Source: Phycisphaerales bacterium | GTDB lineage: Bacteria; Planctomycetota; Phycisphaerae; Tepidisphaerales; Tepidisphaeraceae | Direction of reading: 5' to 3' | Length of the DNA stretch: 28,551 nt | Assembly (NCBI GenBank): GCA_028288875.1 | Contig: JAQGHK010000536.1 | Location: 1 to 28,551 of the forward strand | In this document: piece after piece, positions 6,988 to 15,440 of the stretch | How positions within the stretch are numbered: position 1 is the first letter of the stretch | Layout: each line of letters begins with the position of its first letter | Translations under genes and position numbers: made by a program | The notes under the pieces: generated by a model | Told to the model about the DNA's origin: nothing | The model's input: the letters and a program-made list of their open reading frames with translations, nothing else | Databases searched by the model: none

Positions 6988-8058
6988 ATGCCCGAAACCG
7001 CCGGTGTGAAACAAATTGCTGACTTTGGAACGACGCCCGACGGCACGGCGGTGGCGCGTTATGAATTGTCCAATGGTCGCGGGCTGCGGGCGGAAGTGAT
7101 CACGCTCGGCGGCATTGTGCTGCGTCTCTTCGTGCCAGGACGGGATGGCAAGGCGGAGAATGTGCTGCTGGGGCCGGCGAATGTCGGGCAAGTTTTTGAT
7201 GGCACCTCGCCGTACCTGGGCGCGCTGATCGGGCGGGTCGGCAATCGCATTGGCCACGCGAAGTTTTCGCTCGACGGAAGAGATTACGCGGTGGCCGCCA
7301 ATGACAGCCCGCACAGTCTGCACGGCGGCAAGGTCGGTTATGACAAGCGGATCTGGACGGCTGAGCCGATCGACGCTGGCGAAAATACCGCCGCGCTCAA
7401 GCTGACGTTGACCGATCCCGACGGCACCGAAGGCTACCCCGGCACGGTCAAGATCGAAGTGATCTACACGCTGACGGCCGACAACGCCTGGCGGATCGAA
7501 TACACCGCCACCACGGATGCCGCCACGCCGATCAATCTCACGCAGCACGCGTATTTCAACCTGCGCGATGCCGGCAAGACGAAAGTGCTGGATCACGTGG
7601 CCAAGGTCTTTGCGAGCAATTACACGCCGTCGGATGCATCGCTTTTGCCCAGCGGCGAGATCGAATCCGTCGGTGGCACGCCGTTCGATTACACGACGGC
7701 CAAGCCGATCGGGCAGGATTTCGCCCAGCTCGGCAACACGCCGCGTGGCGTCGATCACAACTTCGTCATCGACAACGCCGACGGCAAACTCCGCCCCGCC
7801 GCCGAGGTGCACGACCACGTCAGCGGCCGTCGCATGCGTGTGCTGACCACCGAGCCGGGCATCCAGTTCTACACCGGCAATTTCCTCGACGGCACGCTCA
7901 CCGGCCAAGACGGTTTCGCCTACGCGCAGCACACAGGCTTCTGCCTGGAGACGCAGCACTACCCCAATTCGATCAACGTGCCGCAGTTCCCCACCACGGT
8001 GCTGAAGCCGGGTGAGACGTATCACACGACGACGGAATATCGGTTTGATTTGATTTAA
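6988..8058 (+). CDS. galM: Aldose 1-epimerase (mutarotase)
   Basis: YLGALIGRVGNRI, SLHGG, GYPG, NLTQHAYFNL, DHNF, PGIQFYTGNF, FCLETQHYPNSIN; SD AAGGA. Confidence 0.95.
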   Translation: MPETAGVKQIADFGTTPDGTAVARYELSNGRGLRAEVITLGGIVLRLFVPGRDGKAENVLLGPANVGQVFDGTSPYLGALIGRVGNRIGHAKFSLDGRDYAVAANDSPHSLHGGKVGYDKRIWTAEPIDAGENTAALKLTLTDPDGTEGYPGTVKIEVIYTLTADNAWRIEYTATTDAATPINLTQHAYFNLRDAGKTKVLDHVAKVFASNYTPSDASLLPSGEIESVGGTPFDYTTAKPIGQDFAQLGNTPRGVDHNFVIDNADGKLRPAAEVHDHVSGRRMRVLTTEPGIQFYTGNFLDGTLTGQDGFAYAQHTGFCLETQHYPNSINVPQFPTTVLKPGETYHTTTEYRFDLI

Positions 8059-8066
8059 GCGAGTCA

Positions 8067-8648
8067 CTGCTGCTGCCCGAACTCTTCATCCTCGCCGGCG
8101 GCGCGGGCTCGCGCATGGGGCAGGAAAAACTGCAACTGCGCAGCGCCGCCGGGCGACTACTGATTCTGGATTGGTTCGATCGATTAAATTGGCCGACGTG
8201 GCCGCGGCTGGTGTTGCCACCGGGCGGGGCAGGGCCGGCGGAATTGGCGGCGTGGCCGATCTTGCATGATTCCGTCGCCGGCGAGGGCCCGTTACGCGGC
8301 GTGGCCACGGCTTTAGCGGCGGCGACATCCGACTGGCTTTTGATCACCGCCGTCGACATGCCGGGCATTGGGCGAGAACAGTTGGATTTTATCGCGAGCC
8401 ATCGTGACGCTGATCATGCCGGCCGCCTCTGGATGACGAGAAGGGCGGATGGCATTGAGCCATTTCCGTTGCTGATTCACCGGGAGATGATGCCCGCCGT
8501 CCAAGCACGCCTTGCCGCCGGTCGGCGATCGTTGCACGGTCTGGCTGAAGAGCCGGCGTCGCGTGTCGTGGATGCGCCGCTGCACTGGTCCGAGGGCGTC
8601 TGGCAAAATCTCAATAGACCAGACGATCTCGCCAATTATTTGAAGTGA
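8067..8648 (+). CDS. mobA: Molybdenum cofactor guanylyltransferase MobA-like NTP transferase; probable non-ATG (CTG) start
   Basis: The in-frame sequence upstream of ATG 8115 encodes LLLPELFILAGGAGSR, completing the LAGGxxSRMG motif; also GPLRGVATAL and AVDMP. The frame is closed by TGA at 8046-8048. The only candidate starts in between are CTG at 8067/8070/8073, so the exact start is uncertain. Confidence 0.8.
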   Translation: MLLPELFILAGGAGSRMGQEKLQLRSAAGRLLILDWFDRLNWPTWPRLVLPPGGAGPAELAAWPILHDSVAGEGPLRGVATALAAATSDWLLITAVDMPGIGREQLDFIASHRDADHAGRLWMTRRADGIEPFPLLIHREMMPAVQARLAAGRRSLHGLAEEPASRVVDAPLHWSEGVWQNLNRPDDLANYLK

Positions 8649-8678
8649 CCGTTGCCGTCGCACCCCCGTGCTCTAGGC

Positions 8679-9779
8679 TTAGCGCAACTGCAGCGACGCC
8701 TCGTCATACGTGATCCCCAGCGGCGAGATTTCCACCGCCTTGCGATCGCCCTGCTTCACCACCCGCCCGGCAACCCACGCGCTGTAGCCACCATCCGTCG
8801 CCGCCTTCACCGTCGCCGCGGCGGCTTCCTGCGGTACGAACGCGGCAAAGCCGACGCCCATGTTGAACGTGCCGTACATTTCCTGCGCATCCAGCTTCGC
8901 GTGCTCGGCGATGAAATCGAACACCGGCTGCGGCGGGCGGACGTCTTCGATGCGATAGACGAACGATTCTGATAGCCGCATCAGCTTCCGCCAGCCGTGG
9001 CCGGTGACGTGGGCGACGTAGTGCAGCGGCAGGCTGGCCTGCTGGCAACGGCGGACGAAATCGACATAGATCACGCTGGCATCCAGCAGCGCCTCGCCAT
9101 AGCTGCGGCCGTCGCTGAGCTTCGCGAGGTAGCCGCCGTCGACCAGCTCGGCCAGCTTGCGGCAGAGGGTCAGGCCGTTGGTCTGCACGCCGCTGCTTGC
9201 GAGGAAGATGATGGCGTCGCCGTCCTGCACGTCGCCGTAAATGCGGTTGTCTTTCGGCGCGATGCGCCCCACCGCGCTGCCGGCCAGCACGATGGCGTGC
9301 GGCTCGATGATGCCCTTCAGCGTCGGCGTCTCCCCGCCGCCCCACACGCAGCCGGCCCGGCGACACCCCTCGGCAAATCCTTCAGCCAACTTCTTCGCCC
9401 GCGTTTCATCCGCGAACCATTCGCTATCGCCCACACCCGCGTGCATGGCCACGCTGATCGGCAGCGCGCCGCAGGTGATCAGGTCATTGACGATCGTGGC
9501 GACCGTGTCGATCGCGATGGCGTCGTAAAAACATTGGCCGGTGAGCGTGGCCATCGCGTCGGCGATGAGATTCTTCGTACCAAGGCCTTCTTCGACATGG
9601 GCGAGGTAGTCGTTTTCGGATTCAATGAGATATGCGCTCTCGCCGCGCGTGGATTCCGGCTCGCGATAGCCATGGGCGGCCAAGTTACCGATCGTGGTCC
9701 GAGCGGCCACTTGGCAGGCGCGTTTGAAGGCATCAAGACGATCGTAGTTCACACCAGCGGCGGCGTAGGTGAGGGCCAT
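8679..9779 (-). CDS. purM: Phosphoribosylformylglycinamidine cyclo-ligase (AIR synthase), divergent type
   Basis: TYAAAGVN, EGLGTK, VNDL, GGETP, SSGVQTNG, AHVTGHG, EMYGTFNMGVGF. Confidence 0.9.
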   Translation of the reverse strand: MALTYAAAGVNYDRLDAFKRACQVAARTTIGNLAAHGYREPESTRGESAYLIESENDYLAHVEEGLGTKNLIADAMATLTGQCFYDAIAIDTVATIVNDLITCGALPISVAMHAGVGDSEWFADETRAKKLAEGFAEGCRRAGCVWGGGETPTLKGIIEPHAIVLAGSAVGRIAPKDNRIYGDVQDGDAIIFLASSGVQTNGLTLCRKLAELVDGGYLAKLSDGRSYGEALLDASVIYVDFVRRCQQASLPLHYVAHVTGHGWRKLMRLSESFVYRIEDVRPPQPVFDFIAEHAKLDAQEMYGTFNMGVGFAAFVPQEAAAATVKAATDGGYSAWVAGRVVKQGDRKAVEISPLGITYDEASLQLR

Positions 9780-9863
9780 GGGCCAAGTATCGGGACAAGT
9801 GGCGACGGGTCAACCAGGCGATCCGGGTGCGTTACCTGCCTGTCATTGGCATCAATGGCATGC

Positions 9864-10565
9864 TCAGTAAACGATGTGCTGATGCGGCCCAAAGGATTTC
9901 ACCACGCCAAAACTCGCAGTGATTGTGGGCGGGTCGCTCGCTAAATCGAAACGCACCTGCTCTTGGCGACCATCGATAAGCACAGGCAGGGTCCAGACGC
10001 TGGCCAATGCGTCAGGCTGTCCAGCGCATAACGTCGGCAGCGATTTGCCAGCGCCAGGCTCGAAGGTCAGATAGGCAAGGTGACGGTAGGCGAGCCGATG
10101 GCCATACCACGGAAATCTGCCCCAGATCATCTGATGTGCCTCCACCTCCAAAGTGAGATTTTGTTGAGGCAGTGTCCAAAGATCCATTTTGCTGGCGACA
10201 AATGCCGTGCCCGCAAAGGTCTGTCGCTCTTGCGCGAATAAATATGCGTGTCCAGCATCTAGCCGGCCGATCAACATAAGATTCTTGGACAGAAACGGGT
10301 CCGTTGTTTCTGTCCACATTTGCGACGGGCTCGCGATCGTCGGACTAAATAGAATTGTGCCGGGCGGTCGCTGATAATTCGTCAATGCAGCGGATCCCCG
10401 CAGGTAGTCAAGCTCATGTTGGTATCGTTTGTACGCCGGCCATACGGTCCGAACCGCCCACACAACCGCTATGGCCAACAAGGCAGCAATAAGCGAAATA
10501 ACGGCACGTCGAAGGTTGGAATGCAAAGGTGCTGATCGTCCATAGTCGAGTGTCGGTTGCGGCAC
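9864..10565 (-). CDS. Hypothetical membrane-anchored protein, lower GC than neighbours
   Basis: 233-aa ORF with one N-terminal hydrophobic helix (AVISLIAALLAIAVVWAV). GTG start with TATGAT 6 nt upstream. No family recognised. Confidence 0.65.
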   Translation of the reverse strand: MPQPTLDYGRSAPLHSNLRRAVISLIAALLAIAVVWAVRTVWPAYKRYQHELDYLRGSAALTNYQRPPGTILFSPTIASPSQMWTETTDPFLSKNLMLIGRLDAGHAYLFAQERQTFAGTAFVASKMDLWTLPQQNLTLEVEAHQMIWGRFPWYGHRLAYRHLAYLTFEPGAGKSLPTLCAGQPDALASVWTLPVLIDGRQEQVRFDLASDPPTITASFGVVKSFGPHQHIVY

Positions 10566-10571
10566 GGGCTA

Positions 10572-10604
10572 ATCATATCTCGCCGTTGAGGATGGGGTTA
10601 GAAT
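10572..10604. promoter_or_regulatory. Back-to-back divergent -10 boxes (TATGAT on minus at 10577-10572; TAGAAT on plus at 10599-10604)
   Basis: Each hexamer lies exactly 6 nt from its start codon in a 45-bp intergenic gap. Confidence 0.5.
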
Positions 10605-10610
10605 CGCGTC

Positions 10611-11444
10611 ATGCGTCCCCTCGCCTTCTCCTCCAACGCCTTCAAGAAAAACACCCTCGTCGAGGCGATCGATGCCTTGGCGGATATTGGTTACGCCGGC
10701 GTAGAACTGATGGCGGATCTGCACCACGCGTGGCCGCCGTCGTTTGATGCGGGGCAGCGGGCGGCGATCAAGCGGCTGTTGCAGGACCGCGGCTTGGTGG
10801 TCAGCAACGTCAACGCGTTCACCTGCTTCGTGCACGGCGACACGTATCACCCCACCTTCATCACCGACGACCCGGCCAAGCTGAAAATTCGTGTCGATCA
10901 CACGAAAGCCTCGCTGGAACTGGCAGCGGAGTTTGATTGCCGCACCGTCAGCATTCAGCCCGGCGGGCCGGTGATTGGCACGGGGCTGACGTACGAAGCG
11001 GCGGCCGAGCGGTTCGCCGAGGCGCTGCATGATTGCCTGCCGACGGCGCGGAAGGCCGGCGTGACGATCGCCGTCGAGCCAGAGCCGGGCCTGCTGATTC
11101 AGTCGGCCGAGGAATATCTGGCGTTCAAGGAGATGTACTTCGCCGACGAGCCGCTAGTCCGCATGAATTGCGACATCGGCCACCTCTTCTGCGTCGGCGA
11201 CGACCCGGCCACCGTCATCCGCACCATGCCCGAACAGATCGCCCACGTGCACATCGAAGACATCGGCGAAGACCATGTCCACCAACATCTGACGCCGGGC
11301 CAGGGCGTGATCGATTTCGCGGCCGTCTTCGCCGCACTCGATGCGATCAACTATGGCGGCTGGGTAACGGTCGAGCTCTATCCGTTCGTCACCACGGCGG
11401 CCGGCACGGCCAAGGCGGCGTGGGATGCGCTGCACGCGATTTAG
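10611..11444 (+). CDS. Sugar phosphate isomerase/epimerase family (xylose isomerase-like TIM barrel)
   Basis: GYAGVE, IAVEPEPG, NCDIGH, HVHIED, PGQGVIDF, VTVELYP; metal ligands E/D/H/E intact. Confidence 0.9.
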   Translation: MRPLAFSSNAFKKNTLVEAIDALADIGYAGVELMADLHHAWPPSFDAGQRAAIKRLLQDRGLVVSNVNAFTCFVHGDTYHPTFITDDPAKLKIRVDHTKASLELAAEFDCRTVSIQPGGPVIGTGLTYEAAAERFAEALHDCLPTARKAGVTIAVEPEPGLLIQSAEEYLAFKEMYFADEPLVRMNCDIGHLFCVGDDPATVIRTMPEQIAHVHIEDIGEDHVHQHLTPGQGVIDFAAVFAALDAINYGGWVTVELYPFVTTAAGTAKAAWDALHAI

Positions 11445-12685
11445 CCGCTGGTCACGAGCGGGGATGCCGTTTGAGCGCGGTCGAACGCAAAGAGCGCCGC
11501 ATCCTGATTTGGCCGGCCGTCGAGATCATCGCGCAGCAGACGGGCGGCTAAGAGCGCGAAGGTGATGCCGTTGCCGCCGTAGCCGAGGCTGAAATAGCCG
11601 TTGGGGAAGCGTGGGTGCTGGCCGATGTAGGGCAGGCCGTCGTGGCTTTCGGCGAAGGTGCCGGCCCAGCTTTTGGCGGGGCGGAAATCGATCGCGGGGA
11701 ACATCGTTTTGAATTTCTCGACGAGCTTAGCGGTCTTTGCGGGCAGGCTGGCGTCGCGGATTTTGGGGGCCATCAGCGGTTCGTCTTCGCCGCCGATGAT
11801 GATGCGGTTGTCGGCCGTCGTGCGGCAGTAGAAGTACGGCGTCTGGGCTTCCCAGATCAGGCAGCGATCGCGCCAGCCATCGAACGATTTGACCGGTTCG
11901 CTGACGACGGCGAACGTGTCTTCCAACTTCACGTACGACTGGCCAAGAAACTCTTCGGTTTCGTAGCCGGTGCAGAAGACAACTCGGGCGGCCTGCACGG
12001 TGTGGCCGGTGCTCGTAGTGAGCGTGACGCCGGCGGGCGTGGGGTCGTATTTCGTAACGGCGGTGTGGCCATGGATGGTCAGGCCTTGCTCGATAGAGCG
12101 TTCCAGCAGGCGATGGGTCAGGCAGACAGGGTCAACCTCGGCGGCGTCTTCGCTCAGCAGGGCCGCAGCGCGATCGATGCCGTATTCGGCCTTCAGCGTG
12201 GAGCGGTCGAGATACCGCACGTGAATGCCCGCCAGCCGGCGGGCTTGGTGTTCAGCCAACAGGTCCGCGGCGTTGGCATCATTGCCGGCGAGGAAAAGAC
12301 TCTGCCGACGCTGGTAGCCGCAGCAGCCGGGCTGACCATGGCCGAGGTCTGTCGTAATCTCATCGAAGTGACCGATCGCTTCCAAGCAGAGCTGGTACGC
12401 GCGCTCGGCATTTCGCCGGCCGACCTTGGCGGAGAGGTCGACCAGCGTCGTATCGATCTCGTATTGCAGCAGGGCCGTGCTGGCGGCAATGCTGCCGCGC
12501 GTAAGATCGCGCTTATCGAGCATCACGACCGATCGGCCGGCCGTCTGCGTCAGGTAGTACGCCGCCAGCGCCCCGCTGATGCCGCTGCCGATGATGACGA
12601 TGTCGGCCGCCGTATTGTGGTTCAGGGCCGGTGCGGGCAATGGGCGCGGCGTTGGCCAAGTTGAGCTGTCAGAACGGAGATTCAT
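11441..12685 (-). CDS. FAD-dependent oxidoreductase (DAO/PuuB-like family)
   Basis: DIVIIGSGISGA, ASTALLQYEID, VVFCTGY, IIIGGED, WAGTFAESHDGLPYIG, LGYGGNGITF; start placed at ATG 12685 (MNLRS). Confidence 0.9.
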   Translation of the reverse strand: MNLRSDSSTWPTPRPLPAPALNHNTAADIVIIGSGISGALAAYYLTQTAGRSVVMLDKRDLTRGSIAASTALLQYEIDTTLVDLSAKVGRRNAERAYQLCLEAIGHFDEITTDLGHGQPGCCGYQRRQSLFLAGNDANAADLLAEHQARRLAGIHVRYLDRSTLKAEYGIDRAAALLSEDAAEVDPVCLTHRLLERSIEQGLTIHGHTAVTKYDPTPAGVTLTTSTGHTVQAARVVFCTGYETEEFLGQSYVKLEDTFAVVSEPVKSFDGWRDRCLIWEAQTPYFYCRTTADNRIIIGGEDEPLMAPKIRDASLPAKTAKLVEKFKTMFPAIDFRPAKSWAGTFAESHDGLPYIGQHPRFPNGYFSLGYGGNGITFALLAARLLRDDLDGRPNQDAALFAFDRAQTASPLVTSG

Positions 12686-12881
12686 GCGGGTTTTCACAGC
12701 CTTTGACTGGAGTGTATGGCTGATGCGACGAACCGCCGGCAGAAATCGGCGACCAAGCTGTTCCGGGCGAAAATAAGACTGGCATCATCGACGAACGTAG
12801 TTTAGATTATTCGGCGGAAAGCGGCCGTTCGTAGGGAACGAGCAGCCGACTTTCAGCATTTCTGAACGGACAAAATCAATC

Positions 12882-13046
12882 ATGCGTGGTGTTTTCGGTC
12901 TGATTGTCGGCATTGTCTTCATCGCGGGCGGTCTCAGCGGGCAAATGGTGCTCATCGGCACCCATAGCGGCCCCGCCTTGGCGGCAGTTGGCGCGGTGCT
13001 CTGCGTTATCAACGTCCTGCGCATTATGCAGGCCCGCGCGAGCTAA
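12882..13046 (+). CDS. Small (54-aa) two-helix membrane protein, absent from the ORF track
   Basis: Hand translation: MRGVFGLIVGIVFIAGGLSGQMVLIGTHSGPALAAVGAVLCVINVLRIMQARAS*. Two hydrophobic helices, GC-ending codons, and it fills an otherwise empty gap. Confidence 0.75.
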   Translation: MRGVFGLIVGIVFIAGGLSGQMVLIGTHSGPALAAVGAVLCVINVLRIMQARAS

Positions 13047-13205
13047 CCGGCAGGCGAAGGCCTGTCCTTGCAGCGCGGGTCACGGCATATGCCTGCTTTT
13101 TGGAAGCCGATGGAACTGCGGCTTTCGCGGCCGCGTCGGCTCTTTGCCTGCGACATCGGACCACCCCGTTGCGTCCACGGCCGAACCGGCGAGAATTGCC
13201 GGCCC

Positions 13206-14489
13206 ATGGATTTTTTCAATTACCGCGACGGCCAGTTGTTCTGTGAAGGCGTTCCTGCCGAGAAAATCGCCAAGGGAGTCGGCACTCCCGCCTACGTATA
13301 TTCGAAGGCGACCCTCCTGCACCACTACCGCCAGGTGGCCGACAGCTTTAAGGCCATCAACCCCACGATCTGCTTCAGCATCAAAAGCAGCGGCAACATC
13401 CACCTTTGCCGGGTTCTTGCTGAAGCCGGCTGCGGCTTTGACGTAACCAGCGGCGGCGAACTGTTCCGCGCCTTAGAGGCCGGCGGCGATCCGAAGAAGA
13501 TCATCTACGCCGGCGTCGGCAAGACCGACGACGAAATCCGCATGGCTATTGATGCCGGCATCGCGGCGTTCAATATCGAATCCGAAGCCGAGATCGAAAA
13601 CATCGACAAGGTCGCCGGCGAGATGGGGAAGAAGGCCATCGGCGCCGTCCGCATCAATCCCGATGTCGACCCGAAGACGCACAAGAAGACCAGCACCGGC
13701 ACGAAGGAAACGAAGTTCGGCGTCGACATCGAACGGGCCGAGCGCGTGTTCGAGCAATATAGGAACCTCACCAACCTGCGCATTGCCGGCGTGCACGTGC
13801 ATATCGGCAGCCCGGTATATGAGATTCAGCCGTACATCGATGCGGTGAACAAGATGACGGCGCTCATCGACAAGCTGAAGGCCAAGGGCCATCCGATCGA
13901 GTGGCTGGACCTCGGCGGTGGTTTCGCGGTCGACTACAAGAAGCCCGGCCAGGCGTTGCCGGTGACGGAGCACGCGAAGGCCCTCGTGCCGCTGCTGCAG
14001 GGGAAGGATTACCACATCGCCCTGGAGCCCGGCCGCTACATGGTCGGCAATGCCGGCATCCTGCTGACCAAGGTGCTGTATCGCAAGCAGGGCGGGGAAA
14101 AGAAGTTCGTCATCGTCGACGCCGGCATGAACGACCTGATCCGGCCGACGCTTTACGAGAGCTACCACTTCGTCTGGCCCGCCACGCCGAGCGAAGGCAA
14201 TGTGATCACGGCCCGCGACGAGAGCTTCGTGCCGAAGAACGGTGAAACCGTCGACGTCGTGGGCCCGATCTGCGAAAGCGGCGATTACCTGGCGAAAGAT
14301 CGGCCCCTGCCGATCACCAAGCGCGGCGACCTGCTCGCCGTCTTCACCGCTGGCGCGTACGGCTTCGCGATGGCCAGCAACTACAACAACCGACCGCGCG
14401 CGCCGGAGGTGCTGGTGGACGGCGACAGCTATAAGGTCATCCGGCGTCGTGAGACGTATGAAGATTTGGTCGCGGCAGAAAGGGTATAG
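13206..14489 (+). CDS. lysA: Diaminopimelate decarboxylase
   Basis: TPAYVYS, FSIK (PLP Lys), FDVTSGGEL, HIGS, LDLGGG, EPGRY, VVGPICESGD, GAYGFAMASNYN; start at ATG 13206 (MDFFNY). Confidence 0.96.
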   Translation: MDFFNYRDGQLFCEGVPAEKIAKGVGTPAYVYSKATLLHHYRQVADSFKAINPTICFSIKSSGNIHLCRVLAEAGCGFDVTSGGELFRALEAGGDPKKIIYAGVGKTDDEIRMAIDAGIAAFNIESEAEIENIDKVAGEMGKKAIGAVRINPDVDPKTHKKTSTGTKETKFGVDIERAERVFEQYRNLTNLRIAGVHVHIGSPVYEIQPYIDAVNKMTALIDKLKAKGHPIEWLDLGGGFAVDYKKPGQALPVTEHAKALVPLLQGKDYHIALEPGRYMVGNAGILLTKVLYRKQGGEKKFVIVDAGMNDLIRPTLYESYHFVWPATPSEGNVITARDESFVPKNGETVDVVGPICESGDYLAKDRPLPITKRGDLLAVFTAGAYGFAMASNYNNRPRAPEVLVDGDSYKVIRRRETYEDLVAAERV

Positions 14490-14500
14490 GCAATCAAAAC

Positions 14501-15409
14501 ATGAGCGACAAAAGCTTGATGCCAGTAGACCGTGTCGGCGAATTGATGCACGCAGCGCTTAGCGAGCTTGTCGCGCAAGGTGGCGAAGCACGGGGCTCCG
14601 ATGTAATTGGCGCCGTCGGCAAACGGTTCGTGTTTTCTGCCGTAGAACTCGAAGCTTATTCCAACGGTACACCCCGATGGGAAACGAATCTCCGTTTCTA
14701 CACCACGAACTGCGTCAAAGCCGGCTGGCTTCGCAAAAGCAAAGGCACCTGGCAGATTACGACCGAGGGTCGGCAGGTACTTTCTCTTTCGCCGGGTGAG
14801 CTGGTTCGCGAATCAACTCGCAAATATAACGAATGGAATCGAACGCGTTCCAAGTCTTCAATTTCCGAAGAAACGCAGTCGCTGACGATTGAGACTGCGC
14901 CCGAACTTGTTGTCCGGGAAAACACATTCGAGCAGGCAGAAGAGCAATCGCGGCGAGTCATCGAAGACCATTTGTTCACGCTCAGCCCTTATGAGTTCCA
15001 AGATCTTGTAGGCCACCTACTGCGGGCTATGGGATATTTTATAGCCCACACTGCCCCACCGGGCCCAGACGGTGGCGTCGACCTGATCGTCTACAAAGAC
15101 CCACTCGGCACCGTCGCTCCGCGTATCAAAGTGCAGGTCAAGCATCGCCGCGAGAGCAAAGTGTCCTCTCGCGAAATCCGTGAACTGCAAGGCCTTATCC
15201 AACACGAGGAGGTTGGTCTGATGGTCTCTAGTGGTGGCTTTGCGAAAGATGCCGCTAACGAAGCCCGCCGCGCATCCAAGCACATCGATCAAATCGATCT
15301 TGAACGCCTGATCACTCTCTGGCAGGAGCATTATCCCAAGCTATCGGAAGAAGGCCGGCGAATGTTGCCACTTGCGGCGATCTACCATTTAGCACCGACC
15401 GAAGACTGA
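14501..15409 (+). CDS. mrr: Mrr-family type IV restriction endonuclease (Mrr_N winged helix plus Mrr_cat)
   Basis: N-terminal RWETNLRF...KAGWL...GTWQITTEG; C-terminal YEFQDLVGHLLRAMGY, DGGVD...VQVK, SSGGF..A..EA. Confidence 0.88.
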   Translation: MSDKSLMPVDRVGELMHAALSELVAQGGEARGSDVIGAVGKRFVFSAVELEAYSNGTPRWETNLRFYTTNCVKAGWLRKSKGTWQITTEGRQVLSLSPGELVRESTRKYNEWNRTRSKSSISEETQSLTIETAPELVVRENTFEQAEEQSRRVIEDHLFTLSPYEFQDLVGHLLRAMGYFIAHTAPPGPDGGVDLIVYKDPLGTVAPRIKVQVKHRRESKVSSREIRELQGLIQHEEVGLMVSSGGFAKDAANEARRASKHIDQIDLERLITLWQEHYPKLSEEGRRMLPLAAIYHLAPTED

Positions 15410-15440
15410 CATGTCCTCTGTATTTCGATGAAACTGACCT

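Noticed and set aside
13047-13205. Possible lysine riboswitch upstream of lysA
   Set aside because: No L-box conserved elements (AGAGGUGC start, kissing-loop stems) were seen, and the gap is short for that RNA.
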